This document shows positions 50,854-64,000 of a stretch of 64,000 nt of DNA, in pieces. Numbering within the stretch: the stretch's first letter is position 1; each line of letters starts with the position of its first letter. A model generated the notes under the pieces. That model worked only from the letters and a program-made list of their open reading frames with translations, did not search any database and was not told where the DNA came from. The DNA comes from Raja brachyura (lineage: Eukaryota). The position numbers and the translations under genes were made by a program. The stretch covers positions 26,040,001 through 26,104,000 of the forward strand of contig OY740806.1 of assembly GCA_963514005.1 (NCBI GenBank), in the 5' to 3' direction.

Positions 50854-53800
50854 TATGCCTCAGATCATCTGGCGCTGATACCTTCATCCACGTCTTTGTT
50901 AACATTATAGCTGACAAGCTTTGTCTGTGTTCTAACATGCATTTCCATGCCTTGCTCTTTGCTACATGGTTCCTGGTGAAGTACCTCTTCATTTTTAATT
51001 TATTTCTCACCCTTATTTACAAACTTAATCTTGTCAATATGGTGTCCTCTAGCCCCAAATTCTGATGAAATGCCTGTTCTTTAATTTTCCTCATCCCTAA
51101 ATGTAATCACAGTATTTGTGGCTGGGCCTTTGGGTGGCAAACTCACAAATTCTAGAATTCTTTCCCTCTTTGCTTCTCATTTTAAGATGTTTGTTAAAAT
51201 CTTTCCTTCTTTGATCAAGCCTATGACAATCTAATGCAGTTCAGCATCAAACTGCAGCTTAACAATGCTGTGAGGCTTCTCTCTAAGTAAAAGCTGCTGT
51301 TAGAGTTTCAACTGTAACACATCATACAAAGAACACAAATGCACTCCGTTTTTATCTCAACTAACATAACACATGCGCACCTCTGTGTACATGTAGAAAT
51401 ATACACAATGTAGAGCAATCTGCCTTGAATTTTGTTGCATTTTCAGACTAAATATGGATGGCTATTACTTTAAATCTTCCACCATGGTGACACTGCAGAG
51501 CACTGGCTTCCTGCAGCTCTCTAAAGTTGTGTTATGCAGCCAGCAGGGTGTAAATGGTTCCATCTGCCACAGACCAGCCCCCTGGCCATGAGAAGGCAAT
51601 CACACTGCAGCGTTGACAGCTTGTGTGCGTCATCAGCACTGCTTCGAAAATTTTCTACTTCAGATAGCAGCTAACAAGCTTTTAGTTCTCACCTGTTGAT
51701 GGCAACATCAGACAAAAGCTTTCCAGTGAGAGGGGCAAAGGCCATTAAAGCTGTCATTTTATTACTTTCCTGCATTCAAGAGGAATTCTTCCAATTTACA
51801 ATAAATATATCTCCAGTTCAGCAGGGAGTTGGACAGATTTCACCCCCATACATCTATGGTCTTTTGAAATTGCACAATCATAATAGCTACCGAGCACACT
51901 TCATCTCTTTAGGAGCTAACGAGGCATTTCAATGCACATATATTTGCATCCCAAGGAGCCAGATCACATTTTAAATGAGAATCTCTCTGATTAAAATGAT
52001 GGAAATCAAAGTAAATTGACAAAAGACACAATTATAAATCAGCAACCATCTCATTTTTCAAGCCTGTTGTGAAATTTGAAAGCATGGATGTGACATTGAA
52101 CATCTACAGATTCCACCTCAAACGGGCTGAGTTCTGAAACAATCTGATTTTTTTTAAACAAGATTTATTTCAGCACCATTGTACTGACATTTGTGTTCAG
52201 TGTAACACTGGCTGATTAATGTTGTGTTCTCAATGTTGGCTGCAGATGTTGACTTCTGGATTTTGCCATTTACTAAAGTACTGTTTATTTGGTGTAACAT
52301 TGTGATATAACAGCAGCTAGTTATATAGTCATACAGCATGGAAACAGGTCCTTTGGCCCTTCTCATGTTGCAGCCAAGATGCCCCATCTACGCTAATCCC
52401 ACCTGAACATGTTTGGTCGATATTCCTTTTAACTTTTCCAATCCATGTACCTGTCCAAATGTTTTTTTTAATATTGCTATAGTACCTGCCTCAACTACCT
52501 CCTCTGGCAGCTCATTTAATATACCCCACCACACTCTCTGTGAAAAAGTTTTCTCTCAGGTTCATATTAAATCTTTCCCCTTTCACCTTAAGCCTATGTC
52601 CTCTGTGTCTTGATTCCACTCCTTTTGGCAAAAGACTCTGTGTGTTCACCCATCACTATTCCCCTCATGATGTTATACACCTCATGCCTGAATGTTGTCT
52701 AGACACTCTGCATCACAGCTACAGAGACCTGGTTTCGATCGTGACCTCCATTGTTGTCTGTGTGGAGTCTGCATGTTCTCCTGCATGGGTTTCCCTGCAT
52801 ACCCTGGTGTACTCCCACATCCCATATGCAAGTTGGTATATTAATGATTCACTTCCCCTGTGTGTGTAGATGGTGCTTGGTTAATTAGGGGAATTGATGG
52901 GCATGTCACTGAGGAATGAGTTACCGGAAATAAGTTGGGGAATGGATTGAAGGGTTGCTTTGAGAACCGGCAATGAGGTTGGGAAGTGTTATAACACTTG
53001 CAATTTTCCACTTTCCCCTCGATGTATTTTCAGGCTGATGATCTGTTTTCTGCTTTTCTGCTACGTATTCCTCGACGCTGAGACCAAGCCACAGGCAAAT
53101 TGTTCTACTTTGTTGATTCATGGCCGAGTTGAGTGCTACTCACACTCGACACGCATGTCCAATGCACAGGAGCACACATTCGGAGTTGATCTGGCATTAA
53201 ACTGTTCAATTGGTACAGGCAAGCTTTAGGATCTAGGATATTTCTATTGCATCAAGCATTCATTCCAGCAAGGTATCCTCAGGGCTAATCCAGTTTTGGC
53301 TTGGTTCTGTTCTGCTAAATTCTGTAGGACACCATGTAATAATAAATCAAGATGACACATTAATCCCCAGTGCAGGTCAGGAAGCTCAGGAGCTGAGCTG
53401 AGCAGGTTCTGGTGTGAGTTCAGACCTGGCCAGCAGAATTTTGGATCTATTCATGTTTATAGAGAGTTCCCCAAATCTACCTTAATGAATCTCTTTTTAA
53501 AAAAAAAAAGAAATCGTTATTCCTTTGTGAAAATGTATCTGAAATTGAAACCACATTCTAATATAGAGGGGTAGCAATCAATTAAATCTGACATTGCGTT
53601 CTACTTGTGCAGGAAGGAACTGCAGATGCTGGTTTACATCAAAGATAAACACAAAATGCTGGAGTAACTTAGCGGGACAGGCAGCATCTCTGGATAGGGT
53701 AGTGGTAAAAATATCTTTTCAGGTAATCTTACACAAACTCATACAAAAGGCATGGTGTTCTCATTCTCCCCAACGCTATCCCAGTGTAGAATTTATATTG

Positions 53801-55089
53801 CAATTTCCCTGTCTTCCAATATCCCCTGATGGATGATCTGCGGTCTGTAAAACACCCATATGAAGGAGGAAGAATTGTCTGAGGTATACTAATCATTCCA
53901 AGTTTAAATGAAGAATTTCAAGGACCATGGTATGAAAATGCCCAGTAAAAATGCAGAGGGATGTGGGGAAAGATTTCTCGTGCAAAGAGTGGTATTGATC
54001 AGTGTGCGGGTGGAGTCAAACAAGGCTTCTATGGGAGTAGAGTACAGAGTTTGTATGTTTTTCCGCGTGGGTTTTCTCTGGTTGCTCCGGTCTACTTCTA
54101 CACTTCAAAAATGTACAGGTTTGTAGGTTTATAATTGTCTTTGGTAAAAAGTGTAAGTTGTGCCTCCTGTGCTGAATAGTGCTAGTGTATGCAGATCTCT
54201 GTCTCTGCGCTGTATCTCTAAACTAAATCCAACCAAACCTTGACAGGGGGCTTGGCATCACGGGAGCTGAGGCAAAAGCAAAATTAAAAGCTCTCTTAGC
54301 AACCTTATGAACAACTTTCACTGTCACAGTTTATACGGAGTGAGCAGTTAGTGCCGAGACCACGGGGAAATTTTGTTTGCACAAATAATAAGGAACCTAA
54401 GCAGATTAAATCCAAATGGAATTAAAAGGGTCATCAGGTAAACTCTCGCTGGGAAGGTGCATAATGTAAACTGCCTGCTTGCGAATCTGGTGTCAGAACG
54501 AGAACAATGGCATTGGAACCCACTGAGTGTAAACATAGACTCAATGCTGGGGACGTGGGCCTGGAGAGGATATTCCTGTGGATTTTCTCATTGCATTTGA
54601 GAAAAGAAGAAAATATTATACCGTAAAATGAAACCAACAGATGAGGTGTTAATGACGATAAAACAATTTAATCCTTGTATGTGTTTGTTTTTCTGGACCC
54701 TTTTAAACTGGTGTTAATGCAGCTCAAACAACTGTAAGCTGCTTTTTTTTTAAACTCATCTGGCAGTTTATGCAATCCATGCCTCCAGCATGTGTCAGCT
54801 AGATAAAATAAACTGCCATTTGTTTAACAACTCTTACATCCCCAGAACTTCCCAAAGTTATTTTAAGTGCATTGAATTACCTTTTGAAATGTAGACAGAA
54901 ATAGTTGCTTAGTTGTATACATCAATGCAGGTTTAAAAAAAACTGCAGATGCTGGAAATCTGGAAATAAAAGCAGAACGTGGGTGAGTTTGTATGTAATC
55001 ATTGTAAACATTCAGCAGAACAGGCAGATTCATGGAGAATTAGACAGCCTCACTTCCCCTCCATTCACAGCTCATACTTTCCCCTCTCT

Positions 55090-55885
55090 GTAAACTCCAG
55101 CGAGTACAGGCCCAGTATTGTCAAACGCCCAATCATCACCGGATCATTCTTGTGTACCTCCTCTGGACTCTCTCCAATGCCAGCACATCCTTCCTCAGAT
55201 ACGGGGCCCAAAACTGCTTACAATACTCTAAATGCAGTCTGACCAGTGCCTTATAAAGCCTCAGCATTACATCCCTGTTTTTATATTGTAGTCCTCTCAA
55301 AATAAATTATAACATTGCATTTGTCTTCCTAACTACTGATTCAACTTGCAAATTAACTTGGGGGAATCCTGCACCAGTACTCCCAAGTCCCTTTGCACCT
55401 CCAATTTCTGAATCCTCTCCCCATTTAGAAAATAGTCAACATCTTTATTCCTACCACCAAACTGTGTGACTCCACACTATTTCATCTGCCACTTCTTTGC
55501 TCACTCTTCCAATCTGTCCAAGTCCTTCTGCAAAGTCCCTGCTTTATCTACACTAACTGCCCCTCCATCTATCTTCTGCAAAATTGGCCACAAAGCCTTC
55601 AATTCCCTCATCCAAATCATTGATATACAACGTGAAGAGTTGTGGCCCCAGCACCGACCCCTGTGGAACACCACTAGTCACTGGCAGCCAACCAGTAAAA
55701 GCCCCCTTTATTCACACACTTTGCCTTCTGCCATGCAGTCAACCTTCTATGTGTGCTAGTATCTTCCCCTTAATACCATGTGCTCTCATCATCTTTAGCA
55801 GCCTTATCAAAGGCCTCATACAAGGCAGATCCTTATCAAAGGCCTTCTGAAAATCCAGGTAAACAACATCCGTTTGTCTATCCTA
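55090..55885 (-). mobile_element. CR1 LINE RT fragment
   Basis: Homologous to 4822-6190; minus strand encodes DFQKAFDK and [22 protein letters not shown]. Confidence 0.9.
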
Positions 55886-56937
55886 TTTATTTCCTCAGTG
55901 TAAATGATCAAATGAGGTTCCTTCTGTTCATTGTAAGCAAAACCACGTCATGATACTGAGGAGCAGTTAATTTTAAACAGTTAAATGCTGGAAACACTCC
56001 AAGGGTCAGGCAGCATGTTTCACGAGGGAGACCCGCATGATTTAGATTTCGGACATGAAACATTGAATCTTCCTCTTTCCTCAGTTTCTGTCTGACATGT
56101 TGAGTATTTTTTGTTTTTATTTATGATTTCCAGCATCTGCAGTTTTCTTGTTTTTTTTTGATGAATTAATCCTCTTGTTCTAACCAAAAGTAGTTGTAAA
56201 TCAATATCAAACATGGTCATTATGACATTGTTTATTTGTGGACGCTTGCTGTAAGCATATTGACTACCTCATTCCCTGCATTAGAAACCTTTAAAAGCAT
56301 CACATGAATAGTCCACCACCACTTGGGTACGTCCAGAGGTGGTGACACTATGAAAATGCAAGTTCAGTTCATTTGCCGAACCAGGGAGTTCCGTGCATGT
56401 CCTTACTCTGTTTTATGTAAGTGCTTATCCATTTAAAATAAGCACATCAATGCTTGGTAAAGTAGGGAGATAAAGGATTTGCACATGAGCGCATTAACTG
56501 CTCACATGCTAAATGTTTGCTGTGCTGTTTCAAGGCCATAGTGAAGTGATTTCATGCTTGTGCATTTGTTCATTTCTTAGTCTATCTGATAAACCTTTCA
56601 CTATATATTGTCGCTGTGTAACATACAGGAGTTTAGATTTGATTTAAAATCTTTCCAACAAATGACTTTGTAGCATTTATTCCTCATTGTTGATATTTAG
56701 TCTTGTCCGAGGAATGCTGGGTGTTGTACTCAGGAATATCCTGCTTGCATTAATGTCACCCAGCTGTGTGTGGAATGAGTAATGAGTCTCCACTGCAATT
56801 AACCAGGCCGCATGTTGAGACCCTTAAAGCAGAGGTGCCTCACAATGGTTCCAGCATTGCTGTTTTGCTGCTTTACCCTCGTGTGTCTCACTACCAGTAG
56901 ATTATTTAGAAGGTGAAACTGTCCTTAAAAGTTTATA

Positions 56938-57210
56938 TCTTTCTCTCCCTTCCTCTCTTTTTTTCTCTCTTTCTCTCTCTCGCTCTCTTTCTCTCTCTCT
57001 CTCTCTCTCACTGTTTGCCCCCCCCCCCCCCCCTCCCTCTCTGTGTTATCTCTTTTGGGTTTACCTCACTTCACCTTTTCGTTCGTAATTTCTGTCTCAC
57101 TTTCTCTCTGTTTCTTTTTTTTCCCTCGCATTTCTCTCATCACTTTCTTCCTCTTCCTCTTTTTTTCTCTCTTACTCACGCTCTCCCCATCTGTCCCCTC
57201 CTCTTACATT
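56938..57210. repeat. (CT)n / poly-C low-complexity tract
   Basis: Direct observation; accounts for the spurious 210-aa Leu/Phe/Ser-rich ORF. Confidence 0.9.
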
Positions 57211-58465
57211 GCAGTAACTTCAGACGTTATTCTCTCTTAATTCAGAAAGATGACGCGGAGTTTAGCGGAGGTATTTACAATTGTGGCATAAGGGGTAATT
57301 CAAACGAGAAAAATTGGTGTGGCAGAGAGAGCAAAGTGGAACGAATGGGATGGCTCCTTTCTAAGAGACAGTACACAGTGCTTGACCGCTCTCTTGCATT
57401 TCTACATTCTATGATCCTCCTCGTAGGTCACGGAGAGGGGATTATCCATCAGGTAGAGATTGTTGGGCTGATGGACGGGGGGAATTATTTGTTAATCAAT
57501 TCTTTGTTTCCTCATTGTGGTTCACTTCCGGGCCTTTTCCACTAGCAGATTTTGAACCCTGACATTCCCCCTGAAACGAGCAGGGCACCTGTCCCGTCCT
57601 TCCATGGGAAAACACCAGGGTTACTGGGGTAACTCAGACATTCCTCCTCCAGATTTCTGCAGAGCAAATGCTCCATTTTCAACAGCAGATGTATTTGGAG
57701 AGTTTGTATTTCCCTCATCATTTTAACAGCATTCAGTGGGGTGTTTCTGGAATCTGAAAGATAATTCTAGAATGTGGTATGCAACTGCTAAATATTTAGA
57801 AATAATTATCATGTCAATGAGATTTTTATTTTCTCAAGTGTTAATTATTAAAACTACTCGACACAAAACCTCACACTCTGTTTGGATATCAAAGCATCAA
57901 ATCTATTTTCAACTTTTCCACGATTCACGATGTTTACAAGTATATTACCTGTGGACGGGCAACCCCCTTCTACACATCTGTTCCTCACCTTTCTCCATTT
58001 CTATTTCTTCTCCCCCATCTCTCATCCATTTGTTTTTACTCTTTCTCTTATCCTGATTTTTTTTTTCACTCCCTCTCTTCCACTTTTTCAATTTCTCTTT
58101 CTGCACCCGAATCTCTTTTGGACAAAGTTTAGTTTAGGTTATTGTATACGTGCACTGAGGTATAGTGAAAAGCTTTTGTGGCGTGCTAACAAGTCAGTGG
58201 AATGTAGTATTTCACATGTTTGAGAGCACCAGTCGCTGTTATCCTCACCTCGTGTTACCTTTGGAGTGCGTGTAGGGAACACGGGTTGATAATCTCACCC
58301 AGCTTTAGCATATCAACCCTGTCTTCCTCTTTTTAGTTTAGTATATTGGCACGTGTACCCATATACAGTGAACCATCCGTTTCAATAGCCAATCCAATAG
58401 TCCACCAATCTAGATTTCCCTGCGTTTTTTTTTTAAGGAGTCATATCATAGTTTTCTTTCTTTGA

Positions 58466-58675
<210 letters not shown>

Positions 58676-59064
58676 TAATGATAAAAATATGTTCCTTTAT
58701 ACTTCCCCATTGTGGTCCAGTATGTGCATTCATTGTCTTCACTTATTGTCCATTCCATCCACAACACCACCCATGCGTAGCCTCTTTAAACAAATGTGGG
58801 AGGGGCTGTACACTGCAGTCCGTCTCTGCAGAGCCTTGGCGTTGGCTGCACTGAGCACTAGCATGTTCCTCACCAAGTCCTGCTTCCACCTGGAGTGATG
58901 CCAGTCGCCAGTATTTCCTTCGGACATCTCGCTGCAGTGGAGACAAACATGTCTGGCAGTCCTAAGTGAATCTTACACTGAAATACTGATCGTCCAGCAG
59001 CTCTTTGACATTGGTCTGATTAGACATCGCTGACATCCGCCCAGAGATCAGAGAGCCTCTGTTA

Positions 59065-59372
59065 CTAGATGTTTAGTTTAGAGATTCCCACCAAGTTTAT
59101 GCCAACCAACCATCATCTCTTCACACTAGTTCTATGTTATCCCATTTTCACATCCACTCCCTACACACTAGGAGCCATTTATAGAGGCCAATTAACCTAT
59201 AAAACCACCCATCTTGAGGATGTGGAGGAAACCAGAGCATCCGGAGAAAACCCATGCAGTCGCAGGGAGAACATGCAAACTCCATACAGATAGGACCCGA
59301 GGTTAGGATCAAGCCCAGCTACCTGACACTGTGAGGCAGCAGCTTTAACAGCTCCACTGCAGTGTCACCCAA
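59065..59372 (-). mobile_element. tRNA-derived HE1/V-SINE-like element, near full length
   Basis: Minus: gggtgacactgcagtggagctgttaaagctgctgcctcacagtgtcagg..gggcttgatcctaacctcggg..tctgtatggagtttgcatgttctccc...tctctaaactaaac. Confidence 0.75.
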
Positions 59373-59894
59373 CTAGATGCCTGGGACAAAATGCAATAAG
59401 GATCCTTGCATCCTCTGGGACCAGAACTCCTCTGCAAACGAAGACAAAGTGTTGGACAATTGTTGCATTCTCGTAAAAAACGATTTAAGGGTAGCGTGCT
59501 TTGAAAGTGAGACTCTGACCATGCAGGAAGGATCTAAAGAATATTCCATTAACACACATATTTTCAGAGAGTGTGTTCAACTGAGACACCCCACTTCCCT
59601 CCCACACACATGACATCCAATGCAATTTAAAAAATATTTGCTCACAGGATCTGGCCATTGTTGGCAAGGCAGATATTTATTGTTCATCCTTAATTGCTGT
59701 TGATAGAGTGGGGCTTACTGAACTGTTTCCAAATTAACCCTGTTGCTCAGTTGACAGAGTTACATGTAGGCTGGATTGAACGATGAAAGGAGGTTTCCTT
59801 CCCTGGTGAACATGGGTGATCCAGATTTGCTAGATGTTCAATATGGTCATGATATTCATTGCAGAGACTCCTTAAAAATACCAGATTTATCTAA

Positions 59895-60780
59895 TTGAGT
59901 CCTGGCAACATCCTCGTAAATCTTCTCTGCACTCTTGCCAGCTTAACAACTTCCTTCCCACATCAGGATGACCAAAACTGAACACAATACTCCAAATGCA
60001 GCCTTACTATCATCTTGTACAACTGTAACATAACATTCCAACTTCTATGCTCAATACCCTGAATGATAAAGGCCAATGTACTGAAAGCCTTCTTGACCAC
60101 TCTACCTACCTGTGACGCCACTTTCAAGGAACTATGCACTTGCACTCCTCGATCGCACTGCTCTACAACATTCCCCAGGGTCTTGCCAATCACTTTGAAG
60201 GTTCTGCCCTGGTTTGACTTCCCAAAATGCAGCACCTCGCAGTAATCTGCATTAAACGCCATTTACCATTCCTCCGCCCATTTGCCCAACTGATCAAGGT
60301 TCTGCTATATTTTTTGATAACCATCTTCGCTATTTACAATACCAGCCACTTTAGTGTCATCTACAAACATACTGATTATGTTTACTGAATTCTCATCCAA
60401 ATCATTGATATAAACAACACCCAGCATTGGCCTAGCACATCACTAGTTACCTTTACCATCCTATCTCCGTATTCTGTCACCTTCAGGAATCCGTGGATTT
60501 GTACATAAGGTATTTCTGTCCCTCAGTATTTCCTTGGGCCCTACCATTCGATGTGTATATCCTAATTTTATTTGACCTCCCAAAATAAATCACTTTGCAT
60601 TTAGCCGGATTAAAGTCCATCTGCCATTTGTTCAATTTGGCATCTGATCAGCACCTTTCTGTAGCCAGAGATTATCCTCCTCATTATCCACCACTGATTT
60701 TTTTGTGCCATCAACAGATTTAGTAATCATTCTGACTACATTCATATCCAAATTTTTAATGGATGTGATAAATAGCAAGA
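59895..60780 (-). mobile_element. CR1 LINE RT C-terminal fragments
   Basis: MAFNADYCEVLHFGKSNQGR...[57 protein letters not shown]. Confidence 0.9.
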
Positions 60781-60890
60781 CACCAACACCTAGGTACACC
60801 CCTGGTCAGAACTTCAAATAACAAATGCAACCCTTTGCTATCACCAAACCAATTTTTGATCCAATTGCCTTGGATTCCTTGTGCTCCAAT

Positions 60891-61205
60891 CAGGCACGGA
60901 AATCGCTATCAAAACATGGGGGGATCACAATTTCTTGGCGGCCACGCGCGCATGCTCACACATGCGAGACTTCAGCCATGGGCCCTGTGAACGGTAACAT
61001 CGGGAGCTGACCTGGTTGGTGACCGACTCCAGCAACAGCAGCTCCGTCCCCCCCCCCAGAATCGTGGGGCTTCAATCGGCCAGTTCGCGGGGGCTTTCAA
61101 CATCAGGAGCCTCAGGTCAGCAATTTGACCGCGGGGCGGTGGAAGAGCCCGCGGTTGGCCGCGTCGGGCGATGAAAAGCCCCACGAACGGGCCGATTGAA
61201 GCTCC
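60891..61205. mobile_element. CpG-rich element, possibly a truncated DNA transposon end, with internal inverted repeat
   Basis: Begins CAGGCACGGAAATCGC; imperfect inverted repeat of about 36 bp at 61066-61104 and 61170-61205; second terminus not found. Confidence 0.4.
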
Positions 61206-61280
61206 GCTCAATGACCTTTACAATGGTCTCCCTCCTCCAATCACCGCGCTCTATCCTCAGTCCAAACCCCATACTTCCAC

Positions 61281-61367
61281 GGTTACACAAAAAGCTGGAG
61301 AAACTCAGCGGGTGCAGCAGCATCTAAGGAGCGAAGGAGATAGGCGACGTTTCGGGTCCAGACCCTT
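61281..61367 (-). mobile_element. Young short PLE-derived insertion
   Basis: Near-identical to the 37242 left arm; flanking repeat CTTCCAC at 61274-61280 and 61368-61374. Confidence 0.85.
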
Positions 61368-62034
61368 CTTCCACCCCTGACCGACACCTCCGATTTACGC
61401 CCCTGGCTCCAATGAATTGGATCAGCCTTCCATGTGGGTCATTTTGCTGAAGTCCATTTCGACTAAATCAAGTGCAGCGCCCTCAGATATATATTTAATT
61501 ATATCTTCAAAAAACTCAAATTAAATTAGTTGGAATGGTTTCCCACAAGCAATATCATATTTATTATCCCTGATCAGTCTCTGCCTTTCTGTGCAAATTG
61601 ATCCTCCCTCTTATTCGTAGAGTCGTAAGTGGCCAACTCACCGCCCCGAATCGTGGGGCTTCAATCACCACCAAGATGTTCCAGCTAAACTAGTTGGATT
61701 TGCCTGCATTTGGCCCATATCTCTCTAAACCTTTCCCATCCACGTGCCTGTCCAAATATCTTTTAAATGGTGTTATTGTAATTGCTTCAGCTACTACTTC
61801 TGGCAGCTCGTTCCATATACCCTCCCCCTTGGTATGAAAAATCTTTTCCCTTTCATCATAAACCTATGGCCTCTAGATTCCCCTCCCCAGGGAAAAAGAC
61901 TGCGTTTTACGCTTAATAAGCCTCTCGTGATTTTGTACACCTCTATAAGATCTCCCCTCAGGTCAGAGTTCCCATGGGAATGTATCTCTGCTGGGACTCC
62001 CACAATTTCTTTTCCAGTTTCCCACAGTATCTTT

Positions 62035-62375
62035 GCATACCCACACCATCCTGATCACACATTCATCTCACCGTTGCCATCGGGAAGAAGGTACAGGAGC
62101 CTGAAATCTGTAACATCCAGGTTCAGGAACAGCTGCTTCCCCACAACCATCAGGCTATTAAACACAACATCAAATAAGCTCTGAACAATAACAGTCTATT
62201 ATTATCATTGCAGTATATCTTTATTTATTGTGTATATATGGTCTATAATCTATACACACACTGAACTTTTATCTTCCGTTTTGTATTATGTTTACATATT
62301 CTGTTGTGCTGCAACAAGTAAAAATGTCATTGTCCTATCTTGGGGCACATGACAATAAAACTCTCTTGACTCTTG
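62035..62375 (+). mobile_element. Rex1-like LINE 3' end
   Basis: HHPDHTFISPLPSGRRYRSLKSVTSRFRNSCFPTTIRLLN; tail acaataaaactctcttgactcttga. Confidence 0.85.
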
Positions 62376-62544
62376 ATATACCTGATCAAGCCTCTGAGAC
62401 TTACCTACCTTCATATCTTTTAGGACATCCAGCACCTCCTCCACTGTAATACGGCACCTCCTCAAAATATTGCCATCAACTTTCCCAAGTTTCCCTGTTC
62501 TCTTGTGTTTCTCCACAGTAAAAACTGACAAGAAATATTCATTG

Positions 62545-62633
62545 GAGTAGTCTCGACCCGAAGCGTCACCTATGTCCTTCGCTCCTTAGATGCTGCTGCA
62601 CCCGCTGAGTTTCTCCAGCCTTTTGTGTACCCG
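62545..62633 (+). mobile_element. Short PLE-derived insertion
   Basis: 14-bp flanking repeat AGAAATATT(C/A)ATTG at 62531-62544 and 62634-62647. Confidence 0.85.
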
Positions 62634-64000
62634 AGAAATATTAATTGATGATCTTGCCCATCTCCTGTGGCTTCACTCATGGACGATCTCTTTGGTTTCT
62701 GAGGTGCCTTATTCTCTCTTTAGTTTCCATTTTTCCCTTAATATGCATAACATTTATTTTTATTCTCCTTAACCTTATCTGCCAGAGCTCACTCATGCCG
62801 TCTTATTGCCCTGCTGATTTCCTTCTTGAGTATGCACCTCAATCACCTTCACTCACCAGGGGCACATATGATCCCAGCTGCCTATGTCTGACTCTTGCCT
62901 CCCTTTTTTGTCCTGACCAGAACCTCAATTTCTCCTGTCATCGAAGGTGCCTTACTCCCGCACTCTGACAGGAACATGCAGACCTTGAGCTCTGACTACT
63001 CACTTTGAAAACCCTACCACTTGCTGGACTTCAATTTGCCTGCAAACAATCTGTTCCAATCAACTTGTGCAAACTCTCTCTAATACCGTTAAGATTTACC
63101 ATGCCCCAATTTAGAACTTTAACTTGTGGATCAGTACTGTCCTTTACCATAACTATTTAAAAATTAATAGAACACATAGGAGACTGAGGGGTGACCATGT
63201 AATGGTATATAAAATTATGCATATAGATAAGGTGAACACACATAGGTATTTTCCCAAGGAAGAGGATTCAAAAAGTAGAGGGCACAAGTTTAAGGTGAGA
63301 GACTCCTGAAGCTACATGATTCTCCTTCGTGAATCAGAGATTCCCAGGAGTCAAATGCAATCTTGCACTGTTGCAAAATGTCTTTGATAACATCCTTGAA
63401 ATATTTCATATGTCTGCTACAAAACTGGTTACCATAGGCCAACAGTTTAAGGCAAAAGAAGAAGAAAAGTGTTATTTTGGGTACAGCTGATGTGTTCACT
63501 GCTTGAGAATATGGCAGAAGTAAGTTCAATAATAACTTTCAAATGGATTGAAGTTAAATATTGCCAAGGATAAAACAGAGGGCTGTCTGCAGAGAGTGGA
63601 CGATTTGGAGAGTTGTACCAGTAACTGGCACAGAGACAATGGGCCAAGTTGCCTCAAATAATCAGCGTTTTGTTTCCCAAGAGGAATTTCCTTCTTGGCC
63701 CCCTTTTCTGATCACATACTGCACATCTTTTCTCAGTCAAACTGTGAAGCTCACACTCATGCTCAGTTTGACAGTTGAAAGGCATTTACCAACACCGTAG
63801 CCTGTGACCTTTACGCAGTGAAAGGTCACTGATGTGGATTGTGCTTTGATTCAGCACTTCAAAGCATCTCCATTTACAGCACTAAACGGGCGGCCTTCCA
63901 CGGCCAGGGGCTGTAAAACTTGATCATTTCCCTTTGATTTCAACACCGGGGCCAAATGTTAAAAGCTGAAGAAATAATCTGGAACGATTTAAATCTCTTG

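Noticed and set aside
56913-57545. Longest ORF in the track (210 aa, hydrophobic)
   Set aside because: Translation of a CT microsatellite and poly-C tract; no domain and no splice support.

Overview
This is eukaryotic, repeat-rich vertebrate DNA, not prokaryotic. The repeat complement (HE1/V-type SINEs, Deu-domain SINEs, CR1 and Rex1-like LINEs, Penelope-like elements) points to a cartilaginous fish such as a skate or ray (inference). The only host coding sequence I can support is three + strand exons of salt-inducible kinase 2 (sik2): 26662-26778, 27841-27904 and 58473-58634. They splice in frame to give kinase subdomains II-VII up to just before DFG. The first coding exon and later exons were not found in the window, so nearly all of it is intronic or upstream. 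Almost all ORF-track entries are chance ORFs or transposon debris. The most interesting structure is a recently active family of short Penelope-like (PLE) retroposons carrying a minimal hammerhead-ribozyme-like motif (CTGAnGA-A-GGGTCTCGACCC-GAAA-CGTC). Copies have 7-15 bp target-site duplications and two recurring end points about 35 nt apart, and several are fold-back; one has a perfect 96-bp inverted repeat (37242-37436). Also present are a non-autonomous Helitron, a hAT MITE, a 1-kb TIR element, a PLE/CR1 chimeric insertion and a CpG-retaining unique region. Family names come from motif recognition only, and repeat boundaries without TSDs are approximate.
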